The notes under the pieces are model-generated. The model had not been told where the DNA came from and made no database searches. It saw nothing but the letters and a program-made list of their open reading frames with translations. From Phoronis australis (lineage: Eukaryota > Animalia > Phoronida): a stretch of 64,000 bases of DNA. Shown piece by piece: positions 48,868 through 64,000 of the stretch. The stretch spans positions 310,001-374,000 of the forward strand of contig NMRA01000137.1 in the NCBI GenBank assembly GCA_002633005.1. Reading direction: 5' to 3'. The position numbers were made by a program, and so were the translations under genes. Position 1 is the stretch's first letter. Every line of letters starts with the position of its first letter.

Positions 48868-51800
48868 GAGGCACATGCCGATATGCGCGCCAGTCACCAG
48901 GGGGCTAGACCGACTCGGCTTAACTACAAAATCAACAACATGTCTTCAGTGGAAGGGATATTTCGTGAGTTCAGCAGCTCAAAAATAGTGCAACGAAAAG
49001 ACCGTTTATAAGTTTGAGAAAATTAAGAAATGAAGTTCAGTAATCGATCACTTGGCTTTACTTTTGATGACCGATATTACAAGATAATGTTATGTTTTTC
49101 GCCGGAATTATAGACGCGGAGAAAAATTTAGTACCAATATCAGGAATTATACTGAGGTAATAAATTGTACTACATTATATATTGAGCACTTTTTCAAGAA
49201 TGGAAGGTAGCAAAAGCAAACGAATTACGGCATTCCTCTCTACAAGAGGCAATGAAGAGCTGTTTCAAACAGTGAAACTCACCCGCATGGTCAAAAACAT
49301 CTCGGTTTCGAAGTAAGTGCAGAATCACAGATCTAAAATTATACAGACATATACATGTCAGTCGTACCGTAAAATACGGTCACATAATGTCCGTCATGCT
49401 CATAAAGAAGTTTCTTCATGAGCGATAGACCCTGCTAGCATCTATGGGGATCTTGCTGAGCCGTGAAATGTGTTCGTTCCATATTAACCAAATTCTTGTC
49501 TCATATTCTGATCAAAAAAATCTTCTGTAAACAAAATACCGTTCTCATTAGATACGACCAACCAGCATTCTTTTGAACTGACAGCTTGTCCACGCTTCAA
49601 TCACGCAATGGCCGTAACTATGCAAAGCTATATTTTGCACAACTACATTAGAACCGCAAAAAACACTTGTCTTGTGTTTGGCTTAGACGGATAACATTGT
49701 GACCAAGAGGTGGATTCAACGACTAAAGACTCGGAATCTCCGCGATATGAAAGTCGACGCTGCGATTCTAATCGCTACCAAAAGATGGCAGGGCTGTTCA
49801 TCCAAAAAAATACTAAAATACGTCAGTCACATAGCCAAAAGCAAAGGGATTTCTGTATTTAACGTACAACAAAAAATTGACCTACTCGTGGATTCTCTGC
49901 AGACAGAATTCGACACTTCGCAGAGTGAGTGACAGTTAAGAAAGACTCACATGACTACATAAACAGATCAGCATGCCGTCTTATAAAGCCAATGTTGGTA
50001 TCATCGCCGTAACACGTATGAACACGGTAAGCATCCGTTTGTGTATTTCACTATGAAGAATATTCGAGCTTTCCTTTTTACAGAAAATCTTCAGGCATTC
50101 AATTAGAGCTAGTTTTAGAAAGCTAAACAAGTCTCAAATAAATGAAACCATTGATGGTAGACCTAAAACCTCCGTAGGGGTCTATTCGACCTGAGCTCCG
50201 CTTTTCTTAGCTGCCGTATAGCCTACATGAACGTGCATATGTACCTACGTATAGACTTAAAGACGTTGCTCTCACAACCAAGTACTCTTGTCCTTCACAA
50301 CAAAGTTTGTTAGACTGTTTCGATACACTTTGCAAAGTTGTACGTATTTTAAGTTTATCATAATTTGATCCTGTGGTGAAAACTGTTTTTACTGTCACTT
50401 TTGATGATAGTGGTTGTATTGGTGTTCCAAAATGCAGTAGAGCGTCCAGAGGGAACCTATCAGTTACGTCTTTTTGAGCTGTCATCGCTGGATAAACAAA
50501 ACAAAAATAACAGGAACTTCATGTGCTTGACCGCCGCACGCTGTAGCATCTTTGTGTACCATTTTTGTGCTTCATGTTTTGCGTTCTTTTTCAACACTGC
50601 AAACCATTTGCCGAATGGAGTTTATACATTCTTTAATAATTTGAATTTGAGATTTTGTTGATTCTGCTTCGTCCGAAAGTGTATTTAACGCTTCGTGAGG
50701 GATGCGTAATATCCTGGCGGGCTTTTCCAATTGTACACCGATTATTCTGACATCAAGTTCATCCATTTTGAGATTTTTTTTCTAAATTGACATCGCGTAG
50801 TTTTAAGGAATGCACGTGCAAAACTGAATAATTTGAAAATTTGCTTAACCATCATACATTTTGTGGACTGCGAATATATCCCGATACTAAATCTGCAGGG
50901 CTTTGAACGCAAATTCTCACCCAGGGGTAAGGAAATGTCTTATTGATTACCGTCAAACGTAACGAAATTAACCTTCAAACCTGACAGAACACTGATTGCT
51001 GACTCTATTGATGAAATAAAGGCTGGAAAGAAAAACCCTTAGGAAGTATTCATTGGACGTCGTCCAAACGACATTAGTTTATACGTGACTCACACATACA
51101 TTCTGAACTGAAAATGTTTTAAAACCACTCAATATCCGTTTTAAATTTTAAGGAAGTGTCTCGTTGTATATTTGTGGGCAAGGAGTTGAACACTTCTTGT
51201 TTACGATCATTTTGTTTCGGGGAGCTCAGACCCGTTTTACACGAACAACGTTGTTTCAAACCATAATTGTTAAATGCATTCTATTTTTACATGTTAAGAA
51301 ATTCAGAACCGGGCACCGTGTCAAGTGATCTCAATACGGTACGTCAACTCCTTAGGTAAAAATGATCAAAAGGTCCAATTCTACTATAAGTATATGTCTA
51401 GACTGCGTGATTGTACTCCCAATATTTACTCCGATGCGTAATCAATGGAGAGAATCGTTTGTCAATCAATACCGGTCATACTATACCACTTATTGATTTG
51501 TTTGCTCCACGAACTTCTTAGTGCGCTCAATATTATTTTAACTGTTTTTGTTCAACTTACAGTTCTATAGCTTTTATTTGCTGTTGTTTTTCACTGAAAT
51601 AGAAACGTGGTATCCAATATATTTTGGCTCCTTTTGATTGTTTGACGTGTAAACATTAATTGACCGTGTCCTTTCCAGTTTGTCCCAAAGGTATTATTAC
51701 CACCTGGGTGAGTATTCGTTGCTTTAATGTAAACATTAACTTTGATGACAATTTGCAGAGATTTCAGCTGTTCACGACTTATAATCTATACATGTGTATA

Positions 51801-54800
51801 CGACCGATAGAGGGCACTGGTTAAGCAGACATGCTTTGGGAGACTGTTTTGTGTAGAACACGATACACAGATACCAGAAACACTCTGACAAAAATCCGGT
51901 CGAAATGCTTTTGATTGGAACAAAGGAAAATGAAAATCTTGTTCTTACTGAAAAAAATAGACGAAGGAGCGAAACATAAATACTGGTCTGGACATTTAGG
52001 ATGGATTATTTTATTTGACGAAACCAGGCTAAGGCTAGGTTAGAAAACAATTCTACTACTTGAAGTCAAAAGACAGAAATACGTAGCCTGCTCAGGAGCA
52101 GGTTAAAGGCCAACGCCAACGGACAAAAATATCTACTTCTATAGATAAAGATTCGTCGAGAAATATACAGTCTTGAAATTCAAGTTGTTCACCAGTAAGT
52201 AAACGTCGTTGAAGTCATGCTACGCATGGATTAGGCAATAAAGGAAAATGGTAAACTCAATTAAATGGAGAAAAGTATGGTCGAAATTAAGAGCGATCGA
52301 ATGTGCGCGTCACGTAATTGCCAAACCCGTGAGCACATGTTACATGAAAGCACTTTCCAAGGACATTTTTGTGATGCCTTTATTTTCAATGAGTTACCAA
52401 TTAATACATGCCCTTCAGAAGGGTCAAATTATTTTTGGAGTGACGAACCTTAAGCGAACAATCCAATGGCGCTTCGTCTTATACACGCACTAAAAATGTT
52501 ATTCTGAGAACCTAATCCCTGGTGTTGGCAGCACTTGGAGCACTTAGTGTTGGACGCCTTCGGTGGCTTTGGAAAAACATTTTTTTAAATACAATGGCAC
52601 AATTTCGTGAAATCATTGGTGTTAAGCGTACAGAAATGGATGCACCGTTTTGCCCGTATGAATGATATAACGTCTACCTGCAGAATTTATCACAGCGCTG
52701 ACATTAAAAAGATTCAAGTCCTTTGAAAACAAATGGAGCCCTAAGACAGCCTTTCTCATTCATTCCAATTTGAATCGAAATGTTGTCTTGGCCTTTGAAC
52801 AGGAAAGTGACCGCAAACTTACTACTGTACAGAGGAATTAGCCATTATTAGGCTTCTCGTTAATTCATGGGCTAGCAGGGAATCGATTTAGTGAAAATAC
52901 AGCTTTGCGATTTTAGCTTCTTAAATGTCTTCGTATAAGTGCAGTAAAACACTATAATGATAAGATAAATTACATGGTATAAAATTGCTATCCACATGAC
53001 TTGCGTCAATCGTTAGATAATTGGTGGTAAGATCAAACAAACTTTTACGATATTTCCACTTGCTAACCAAACGTCGTTGCAAAACTTTGTAAACATGGAG
53101 TCCATTGCCTTCATATCCAGTGCTCGTACATATTCAAATGCGTCGTAAAGAATATATCTGGAAGAAATGGATAAGCCCCTTCGTAGTATTGACTTCATGC
53201 TTGCAAAATACATCATAAAACTGTGCTTAGAAACACGCGAACGAATCCCATTGATTGACTGTTTATTTTTTGAAGGGTTCTGTCTTGGAAAATATATCTG
53301 ATTGTATTCACTTCGGTTAAGATGCAAAGCTAGAGTGTGTTCTGTAGACGCAAGGCACTTGCGAAACACTTACGACGCAAAATCTTCGAAAACAGTGTGT
53401 TGTATCCCATCATTCGTCATTCCAACCGCACCGATCAGTATCTTCAGTGACAGCAACCGCTTTGCTAAGGTACCCATCCCCTCAAAACATGGGCCTTTCA
53501 CTCTCGTGATTTTGAGTGATCTTTGATTTTTCGCGAGTGTGTTACGTCTACGGAACGCACCTTTGTATCACACCTATACATGGGCGGCGTAAAATTGAAA
53601 AAAGTGGGGACCCAGCTTCCCAGCTGTGGTGCACCACCCGTAGACCATAGGCAGCACAGTACTGAAAAAAGTGGGAGCTATAGCACTCCGGCCCCGTATG
53701 GTGCGCTACTAGTATATAGAAACGTTGGCAAACAATGACTGCATTTGATTCACTTCGCTGGTCCCGCTGCGTGAAACCTTTGCTTTGTTCTTGATGAGAA
53801 CTTCCGGCGTACAGACTAGACGTCTTGGCAAGTTGACCCGGCGCTATCATAGAAGTGAGTCGATTACAGACAATGTGATTTATAGTTGTGAGCAAACGAT
53901 TGCTTAACTTACACACATGTGGAGGCCATCAGTCCAATTAACCACAGTTTACTTTTTGGTGCCCCAATGCGCCACAGAGAGGTTATACCTGCTAGTCTAT
54001 TAAAGATAAATCCAGTTCTTTTAACAACTTTTAAGGAGGCGCAGTTGCCATGTGACGTGTCAGAGCATCCTATAATAGGACTATTTATATTGCAAACTGT
54101 AGTCTTATATGGATTTATAATATAGTAGGATATGTCCATCGTTTTTATAAGATCTCTTCAACCAAGTTGCTACTGTGTTGCGATGATATGGTCACACATT
54201 TCACACAATGATGTGTAGCATCTTAAAATGTCCGTGAACGAAAAACATTGCGTTTCTTGTTTGTCCGAAGCATGGCGAATTAAAATTGGAAAATCGTGCA
54301 GGCTGGGTAATGGTAATAAATTTATTGTTGCTAACTTCGTCGCGAGGGGTCCATCACGATCTCCAAATATGAAAAGTCCGCCGGGCCCTTCCTACCGCAT
54401 GGCGGCCATTAGTCGTGGCTGTCGTGGCCGGTGCTCCCGTCTGGTTCGTTTGGCTCATTTGTGCGTGGATAGCTCTATAGTACATGTGGTTTTATAGGTT
54501 AGCTTGTTAGTATGTTAATAAGCTGACATCCGGGCTTAGGCGCTAGCACCTACTTACAAATCACTTAAATTGTTTGGTTCATCGTCTCGCTCGAGACAAC
54601 GTCTGGGACGATCCATTAAACTGAAATCACGCGACAAAGTATATCTTAATTGTCGTGTTGTATGAATTATTACGCTATGTGACTTGAATATGAAGCCAAT
54701 AATGATGTTGTTTAAGTTTATTACTACCGTGAGCTTGAGGCAATAGCTGACTTTCGAAAGAGCCGTTCCTTATTGGAATTCCCTGTCCCGCCAGACGGCG

Positions 54801-54878
54801 ATCAGGTCTTTGATGGACAGGCGTTCAGCACCACCTCCACGTAATGCGGACGTGAGGTTTCACCATACTGGTATAACG

Positions 54879-55070
54879 ATGCCGACAAAATTTCCACTGC
54901 TCTGCGGTGGGATGTACTAATGCCTTACGAAAAGGCTAACTTTTTGAAGTATCAATACATGAACAAGGATATCGTGTTCCATACATTTCCCACTGCGAAG
55001 AAGAATCTGCGACAAAGCCAGGGACAGTGGATACGGCTGTAGTAAAGTGGGAGAATTTTGAACCCAGCCA
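54879..55070 (+). pseudogene. THAP-domain remnant from a DNA transposon
   Basis: HCSAVGCTN...VFHTFPTAKKN...QWIRL*..NFEPS. Confidence 0.7.
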
Positions 55071-56150
55071 GGTGTCAAAAAGTTAAAATATATTTATTGA
55101 ACTTAACTTAATCATACAATGGGTGAGATTGACTGTGGGGTTCATTTCTCTGTCTATAAATAAATGAACCACTAATTCAATTGTGAATTTCTGTTCACCA
55201 GATCTGAGTGGAATCAAGCCACTTTCGTGCTCTCCCTACTCTAGAGAGCTTCAATATGTAAAGCCCTATATATGTACAGTAATAACTGGCCCCTGGTGCA
55301 AGATCTGACTGCCGCGAACTGGAGAAGTTGTTAATTAAGACTGCTTTTACTTCAAGTGTAAATGAATGTAGTTAAAGTTTTAACAAAACATGTCTTGCAG
55401 AAAACAAAGAAGTTCACATGCATGAAAAGGACTGCCGAAGATTGTTAGCGATTATATAATAGGATCTGAAAGAAACAAGTGAGCCTTAAATTTGTATATG
55501 CGGTATATTCCGTTTGCCTACACTATAGAACTTTCGTGGGATGCAATCCGTGGCGCAATTCGATTTTTCTACCCACGAACACATTGCAGGCAATTTTCGG
55601 AAATACACGTCGCGATAGTGACGTCCGGCGAATTACACCACGACACTCCAATCTCGTTGTAATACCCCACAGTATTTGCCACAATATATGTAAAGCAATT
55701 CTGTAGCCTCGTTTTCACGCCATTGGATTTTCATGTGTTCTTTGTTGTCACTTGCATTCTTTACAAGTTTTCTCGACTGCGTTACCCTATTCACCCTTCT
55801 ACTGCCAGCGAAGTAATACTGCTGTGCTATGTCTTGTATCTCCGACTGACATTAATGGATAAAGCAAGTACGTCGGATTAATTTTGAACCAAACAGAATA
55901 CTCCGTTCAATTCCAGTACTATGGAACCGTTGAAATCGGGAAAATTTCGACGGCCATACAACTCGACAGTTTCTTGCAAGACCTGAGAAAATGTACCTCA
56001 CATTCCAAAACGAGGTCACTGAAAACAACTCGCTTTCCTACCTCCGGGACAAAGGGAGCACTATCGCTGTGTAATCCGGGACGGCCCTAGTAGGATTCAT
56101 CTTGATAGACTGCGTTAATGTTATTGCCAGCATTTCGAAATACTAAAACC

Positions 56151-58063
<1,913 letters not shown>

Positions 58064-59635
58064 AATCAAATTATGGAAAAATTAGTCGGATATATTCTTT
58101 AAGGCTGGTGCAGTATTATTCTAAAGCAAATCAGAAGTTAGCCACGCCTACTATACAGTAGTTACCATCAGGCAAACGCACTTCATGCAACTTTAGGACG
58201 ACCTGGTAGTAGAAATTCTCTAGGTGGTGTCTTTGCAAAACTAATGTTATCATCTTCTCAATGTTTTGATGGTTTAAAAAAATAAAACAGACGAGGCAAG
58301 CCTAATGATTATTGTTTTAAATATTATTTCGTCATTGTTTACTTAAAAATTGTATTTGTATTTCATACATTGAAAGATATTATTTTTAAACGTCGTGTAG
58401 AGGTAATATGCTTTAGTGTGATATTGATTTTTAGAAGTTTGACCTTGGTATTTGTTTCATGTCAAAAATTGGACATTATTTTTTCTGTTGACTTTTAAAT
58501 AATGCGACATCATGCTGAAAGTGATACATTATACTAAAAGATTTTTTCGGAAAAGTTTAATTTCGGTAAATACAGTATGCGCACCCATCTCCTGACAGAA
58601 ACGGCGCTAAGGCTAAAGCAGATGAATGTTCAAATTCACTGTAATCCTCGGGCTATTTTCATTGGATGTCATGGAGTCATGTGTTGTCAATTCGACCACG
58701 GGTATTTCAGATGTCAATTAGACTGGCAAAACATACTGCAATGTTTTAGATCTCACGTTCTGTTTTATTCCGATACGCTCAAGTCATTTGACTTGTGCTG
58801 GGTTTTGACCCCATGATAAGAAATTTAGGTAAGCACAACTTAACTTTCAGAATTTTTTAAGCATTGTCAATACTCGATCACATCTAATATTTAGAATTGT
58901 ACCCTAGCACCCGTTATCTCAGTTGTTTAGCCGTTCAGGATGACAATTTACACCGATCCTATCTTCCAAACGAATGACAATTCATTTCTGTACTTTTGAT
59001 GTCATCTACTTTATTCTGATGCTCTGAGATTCAACTCACGCGTATCAAGTACATCGGACCTTAACCCAACGGCCTGAACTTATGCGAATTACATAGCGCA
59101 ACGAGGATGTTTCCTGGAAATCAATCTTTGTAAAATTCCCAACTTCTCGACCAACCAGATTAAAAGTGTTTCTATTTTCGTCCTTTGCAGTCTTAACTGT
59201 TGTTTTATCATTGGGGCTGTACACCTGATGGAGCACGGAGAAAACAACAGGTGATCTTCATGCACTAGTGTCCGATGTAGTTCGAAGCATCCGGAATACC
59301 TAGGATATTTTCGTAGCCTCAAATTATCTCTTGGAGGTGTTTCATATCTAGTATGTGCGAAATTCAACCATTGCAACAAAGGAATTTGGAAACGAGACGA
59401 GTTAAATCATGACTTCAGCCTACGTCCTGCAGCAGTTCTGAAAAGTCGTTCGCGACCGTCATTTTCAATAGTTAGCCAGCCTTCTGATGTACTGCTACTC
59501 TCGTTTAAGCCTGGCGTGCGTTCAGTAGACCGGCGCTAGGACCTACGCTAGGACCTACTAATACCTAGTCAAAGTCATACGGTGGCCCGAAAGTATAATC
59601 GCTACTTTTGTTTAAATATTTTTTCATTTTTCATT

Positions 59636-60226
59636 TTCCACCTAGGTGGAAATAATTCAACCTAGGTGGAAACTATTTTCACCTGGTTGGAAACTATTTT
59701 CACCTGGGTGGAAACTATTTTCACCTGGGTGGAAACTATTTTCACCTGGGTGGAAACTATTTTCACATGGGTGGAAACTATTTTCACCTGGTTGGAAACT
59801 ATTTTCACCCGGGTGGAAACTATTTCAACCTAGGTGGAAATTAATTCAACCTAGGTGGAAATTATTTTCACCTGGGTGGAAATTATTTCAACCTAGGTGG
59901 AAATTATTTTCACCCGGGTGGAAATTATTTTCACCCGGTTGGAAATTATTTCAACCTAGGTGGAAATTATTTTCACCCAGGTGGAAACTATTTCAACCTA
60001 GGTGGAAATTATTTCCACCTAGGTGGAAATTATTTCCACCCGGGTGGAAATTATTTCAACCTAGGTGGAAACTATTTTCACCCGGGTGGAAACTATTTCA
60101 ACCTAGGTGGAAATTATTTTCACCCGGGTGGAAACTATTTCAACCTAGGTGGAAATTATTTTCACCCGGGTGGAAATTATTTCAACCTAGGTGAAATTTA
60201 TTTTCACCCGGGTGGAAATTATTTTC
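59636..60226 (+). repeat. Tandem array of a palindromic 21-bp unit (about 28 copies)
   Basis: Interspersed variants CCTAGGTGGAAATTATTTCAA and CCCGGGTGGAAATTATTTTCA. Confidence 0.95.
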
Positions 60227-61212
60227 ATGCTTTTACGTCGTTTGGTTAACGTGGCGTCTTCTACTTGCGTTAGGAACAAGTCATGTGTCAAGCCATAGCT
60301 GCACACCCTTTTGTAGCACTCTAAAAACAATACTCTTTGTTTTGTTTATTCATGTCAATCGGTTAGATCATTCTGCCACCACATGTTTGCAGACATATGT
60401 GTTAGAGTGTTAGCATCTACAGGACAATCTGTGCAAGGAATTTCGCTTGACCACCCCCCCCCCGAAAACGTTACTAATTTGGATTTTTTTTTACTTTATC
60501 CGGACTGTACCTTACAGTATAATTTAATCTTGAATATTTTGTACAGTTATACGCTGGTTAGTAAAGGTGATTGTCATTGCAATGGTCATACACAAATACG
60601 TATTTTAATGAGAAATTATGTTTTTTATTACACTATTGGTTAGTAACATTTCTGATACTGCTGACAATTATACTCTAATTAGAAACAATGTTAAGTAATT
60701 TTTAAGACTGGTGTATAATTCATTAATCATGGTAGTTGTTTACCAAAATTTGTATCCTCTTGTGAATCCATAAGATGTGATTCACCATACGTCTTTTACC
60801 ATTTGTGGGATATTTATAATACTATCTGTGCCTTTTGTTGCTAGTTGTGTAACTTTAAGTCTTTGAAACCTGTCAGCACGGGAAGGGTGAGGCTTTTGGA
60901 CAATAACAATAATATGTCATTTATTTATCGGAAATTTCTCAACGTTCTACACCATACACTATATTTGTTAATGGCATGGGTTCGATGCTGAAATCCGGCA
61001 ACTTTATTCAGAGAGTTGTTTTGAACTAGGAGTAATACGTAATCACACTGTCTCTGTTAAAGTCCGCGGCAAATCCAAGAGGCAGATAAGGCGCCGACAT
61101 TGCAACCTAATCTGAACTTTGTTGAACAAAATGGCTGGCCCAATCGACCTTCACCTACAAGACTTCATGCAATCACAACACAGATGAAAATATGTGCCCG
61201 GATGTATAACAT

Positions 61213-61542
61213 TTTCACCCAGGTAAAAATAATTTCCACCCGGGTGAAAATAATTTCCACCCGGGTGAAAATAATTTCCACCTAGGTTGAAATAATTTCC
61301 ACCTAGGTTGAAATATTTTCCACCCGGGTGAAAATAATTTCCACCTAGGTTGAAATAATTTCCACCTAGGTTGAAATAGTTTCCACCCGGGTGAAAATAA
61401 TTTCCACCCGGTTGAAAATAATTTCCACCTAGGTTGAAATAATTTCCACCTAGGTTGAAATAGTTTCCACCCGGGTGAAAATAATTTCCACCCGGGTGAA
61501 AATAATTTCCACCTAGGTTGAAATATTTCATCCTAGGTGGAA
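61213..61542 (-). repeat. Inverted tandem array of the same 21-bp unit (about 15 copies)
   Basis: Reverse complement of the left array. Confidence 0.95.
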
Positions 61543-64000
61543 AAGGAAAAATAAAAAAATTAATAAACTAAATTAGCGATGATACTTTCGGGCCACCGTA
61601 AAGTCACGCGTTCTCATTTAAAATGCACGACAATATCTCAGTAATCTCGCGAAGTCTTGCTTTTTAGCGAGGTCATGAAATTTAAAGCGCTGAAAATATC
61701 AGAGGTTTCCCGGATGTAGTTCCTAGGTTATGCGACTCTTACCATTTGATCGACTGTCTGTATGTAAAGCCCACAGTACGACTTTTTCGCGATTACGGCA
61801 CGATTTTGAAACACTGCGCGTGCACTCCGCTTTAATTATTGTCTTGGTTTGACTTCGATTTTTGTCTACACACTCCCAGGTTAGTCGTATACGACAGTCG
61901 TTTACAAGGTCGTAGATAAGGTACGACTAATCCTATAAACATAATGGTTTGGTTAAGAGCGGTTGATTTAGCAAGGTGCTACCAAAACAACAAATGAAAA
62001 TTCATTTGCCTGTGAGGTAAGGCGGTATCAACAGACTCGAAACTGCTTGAGACAATGGGGGTGATAACTCTTAAACGTGGGGCAACTCGACGTCAAAAAT
62101 GGGTGAAAAAATGACAATTAGTTGACTGCACTCATCAAAACACTGCTCGCGTATCCGATAAACTCAGTTTCCCTACTCGCGAACACGGCTCACGGTTCTG
62201 CGAGATACGGCTAACCGACCGCCAAAATCAAAACACGGCTGGCGTACCTCAAAAACTCGTGCACAGACTTAGCAAACGCGACTTATTTACTGTCCATCAC
62301 AGGAGGGTACACGAATATGGATATCTTCTCGTTGGATTCTGGATACTCGCCTACAGAGAATAACATCTCCCAGTGATCGGGTTGTACGTGATAAAACCCA
62401 CTGGGCATCCTGCTTTGCGCCACACGAAGCTCAAGGTGCACACCAGAGCACCGATACCGTATCGTAACTTCACAAGCACATTGTAGATGCGTACACGTAT
62501 ACATGTATGTAATATCAGCGAACGGCAGCAAAGTTGATCGTAGACTGACATTACTTAGCACGAATTCGCCGGTTGTTGTGTCCACACTAAAATGGTTCTG
62601 CATGTTTGTACTGACACGCGCGCTCTCACGTTTACGTTGTTAAAATTGATGGTAAAACAAAGGCATATTGTCCTAAACAACAATGCATAACAAATGATTT
62701 TGCAGCTCCTTCTAAGTGCACAAGGAATGGAACCGTCCTTCGAGGATTGAGTTAGGGGTCGATCTTTAATTCCTGGGTTTTCTTGGGAGAGGAGGCAATT
62801 TTTCTGTTATATATTTATGTAGTTAGCGTTTTATTGTTATTTTCCCCGGCACCAACGTGTCATATGTTATTTTCATAGAATAAGTTAAATGTAAACAATT
62901 AAGATTGCGACGCTATTGATAAAAATAAAAGAAACTAAAGAAAAACACAACAAGATTGTTGATCTGTAGTGAGTTTTAGTTAGAAATCATGACAGCTGCA
63001 CAGTCGACCAGACGGCCATCTAGGCAGACCATAAATTTAGACATTATTTGTTAAACAGAGAATTCATTACATTTTCATCAAGTTAAAACTCTCTTGCACA
63101 GCTGGCACGATTCAACAGCCTGTGCGCAAAGATGGTAGACAACCGAAAGTATTGATTTGTGACTGGTCCGGCAATGACGCAATGACCTCAGAAAGTAAGG
63201 CATACGCAAGCTGAGCGTGCTCAGTATTAGCGGGGCGGACAGATGAAGTTGCGTCTGAGTGATAGCGAACAAGTACACGGACGTCTGGCATAGCCGAGTT
63301 AAAAGTCACTCTGGTATCAACGGCTATCGTCTGCTACGGCAAGATTCCGCGCACACAAGCGGCCGCTCGTAATAGACAATTGATGGACACGCAATAATCT
63401 GGATTAACAATTAAACAGCTAATTCTGCGTTAACGATCGGGAAACTTGAGTGTTGCCCGCAGACTCCAGCCTCAAGGGACGTGCTTGTGCGGGGGCGTGA
63501 GCAGCAGATACACAAATTATTCTAAATAACGAGAAGATCAAAGCGTTTCACAGGTAAGCGTACGGCGTATTTTACTTTGCCTGGACTTTGCCAAGGCGAG
63601 TGTAGTGAAGTCTCAGTTGAGCTATGTTTCCTGTTCACAGTGACGTACTAAGGAAATCAATTTCTCCAATCAATCTATACCTTTCTTAATTGTTGGGGAG
63701 CAAGTCACTGATAAATTCACCTATGATGCGAGTTTCCGCATGAAAGCCTTCTGTGTGAGAGCTGAGACCAGCTATGCGACGGGTAGGAAATGTACAGTTC
63801 AATTTCCCAAAAAACTAAATACATCTAATACCGCGTTCATTTCTTATCCACAAAACTCGTCACATAGCACTCTTCTAGCTATTTCAGTTTTATTTCGTCT
63901 CTTATGTCCACGACACCCATGATAGTACTGATACTTATATGGATATTCCCTCTTCGTTTCAGCTTTCATTTCCCAAAACGAAAGAAACAGTTCTGTGGTG

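Larger units (their letters stand above)
59578..61600. mobile_element. IS3EU-like non-autonomous foldback element inserted in a family A MITE
   Basis: TIR TACGGTGGCCCGAAAGTAT (TAY..RTA ends). 6-bp TSD AAGTCA at 59572-59577 and 61601-61606. The flanks rejoin into a family A MITE. Confidence 0.8.

Noticed and set aside
59646-60194. 182-aa WKLFSPG-repeat protein, and the 126-aa ORF at 61151-61531
   Set aside because: These are stop-free readings of the 21-bp tandem repeat with no other coding evidence.
59636-61542. CRISPR array (short palindromic repeats)
   Set aside because: Units are directly adjacent with no unique spacers, no cas genes are present, and the arrays lie within transposon TIRs in eukaryotic DNA.
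59578-61600. Polinton/Maverick (6-bp TSD) or Tc1/mariner (TA ends)
   Set aside because: No AG..CT termini or viral genes. The 6-bp duplication lies outside the TA, so TA is part of the TIR.

Overview
Eukaryotic, AT-rich window made almost entirely of decayed and nested transposable elements. The element mix suggests a marine invertebrate (inference). No intact host gene, rRNA, true tRNA or CRISPR array is supported. Main content: (1) Kolobok-type elements with TTAA target sites, THAP remnants and KolX/P2X7-ballast-like remnants; (2) hAT elements that consistently show 5-bp TSDs (hAT5-like), two with transposase remnants; one of these (8695-16932) hosts a four-level nest and a Gmr1-like (gag-PR-IN) LTR retrotransposon whose LTR carries clustered heat-shock elements; (3) CR1/L2-type LINE fragments; (4) an L1/Tx1-like insertion with poly(T) at one end, poly(A) at the other and a 15-bp TSD; (5) a 2-kb IS3EU-like foldback element with a 6-bp TSD and inverted arrays of a palindromic 21-bp unit; (6) several MITEs. 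An N gap lies at 56903-57765. All family assignments come from motifs, termini and TSDs read by eye, not from database searches.
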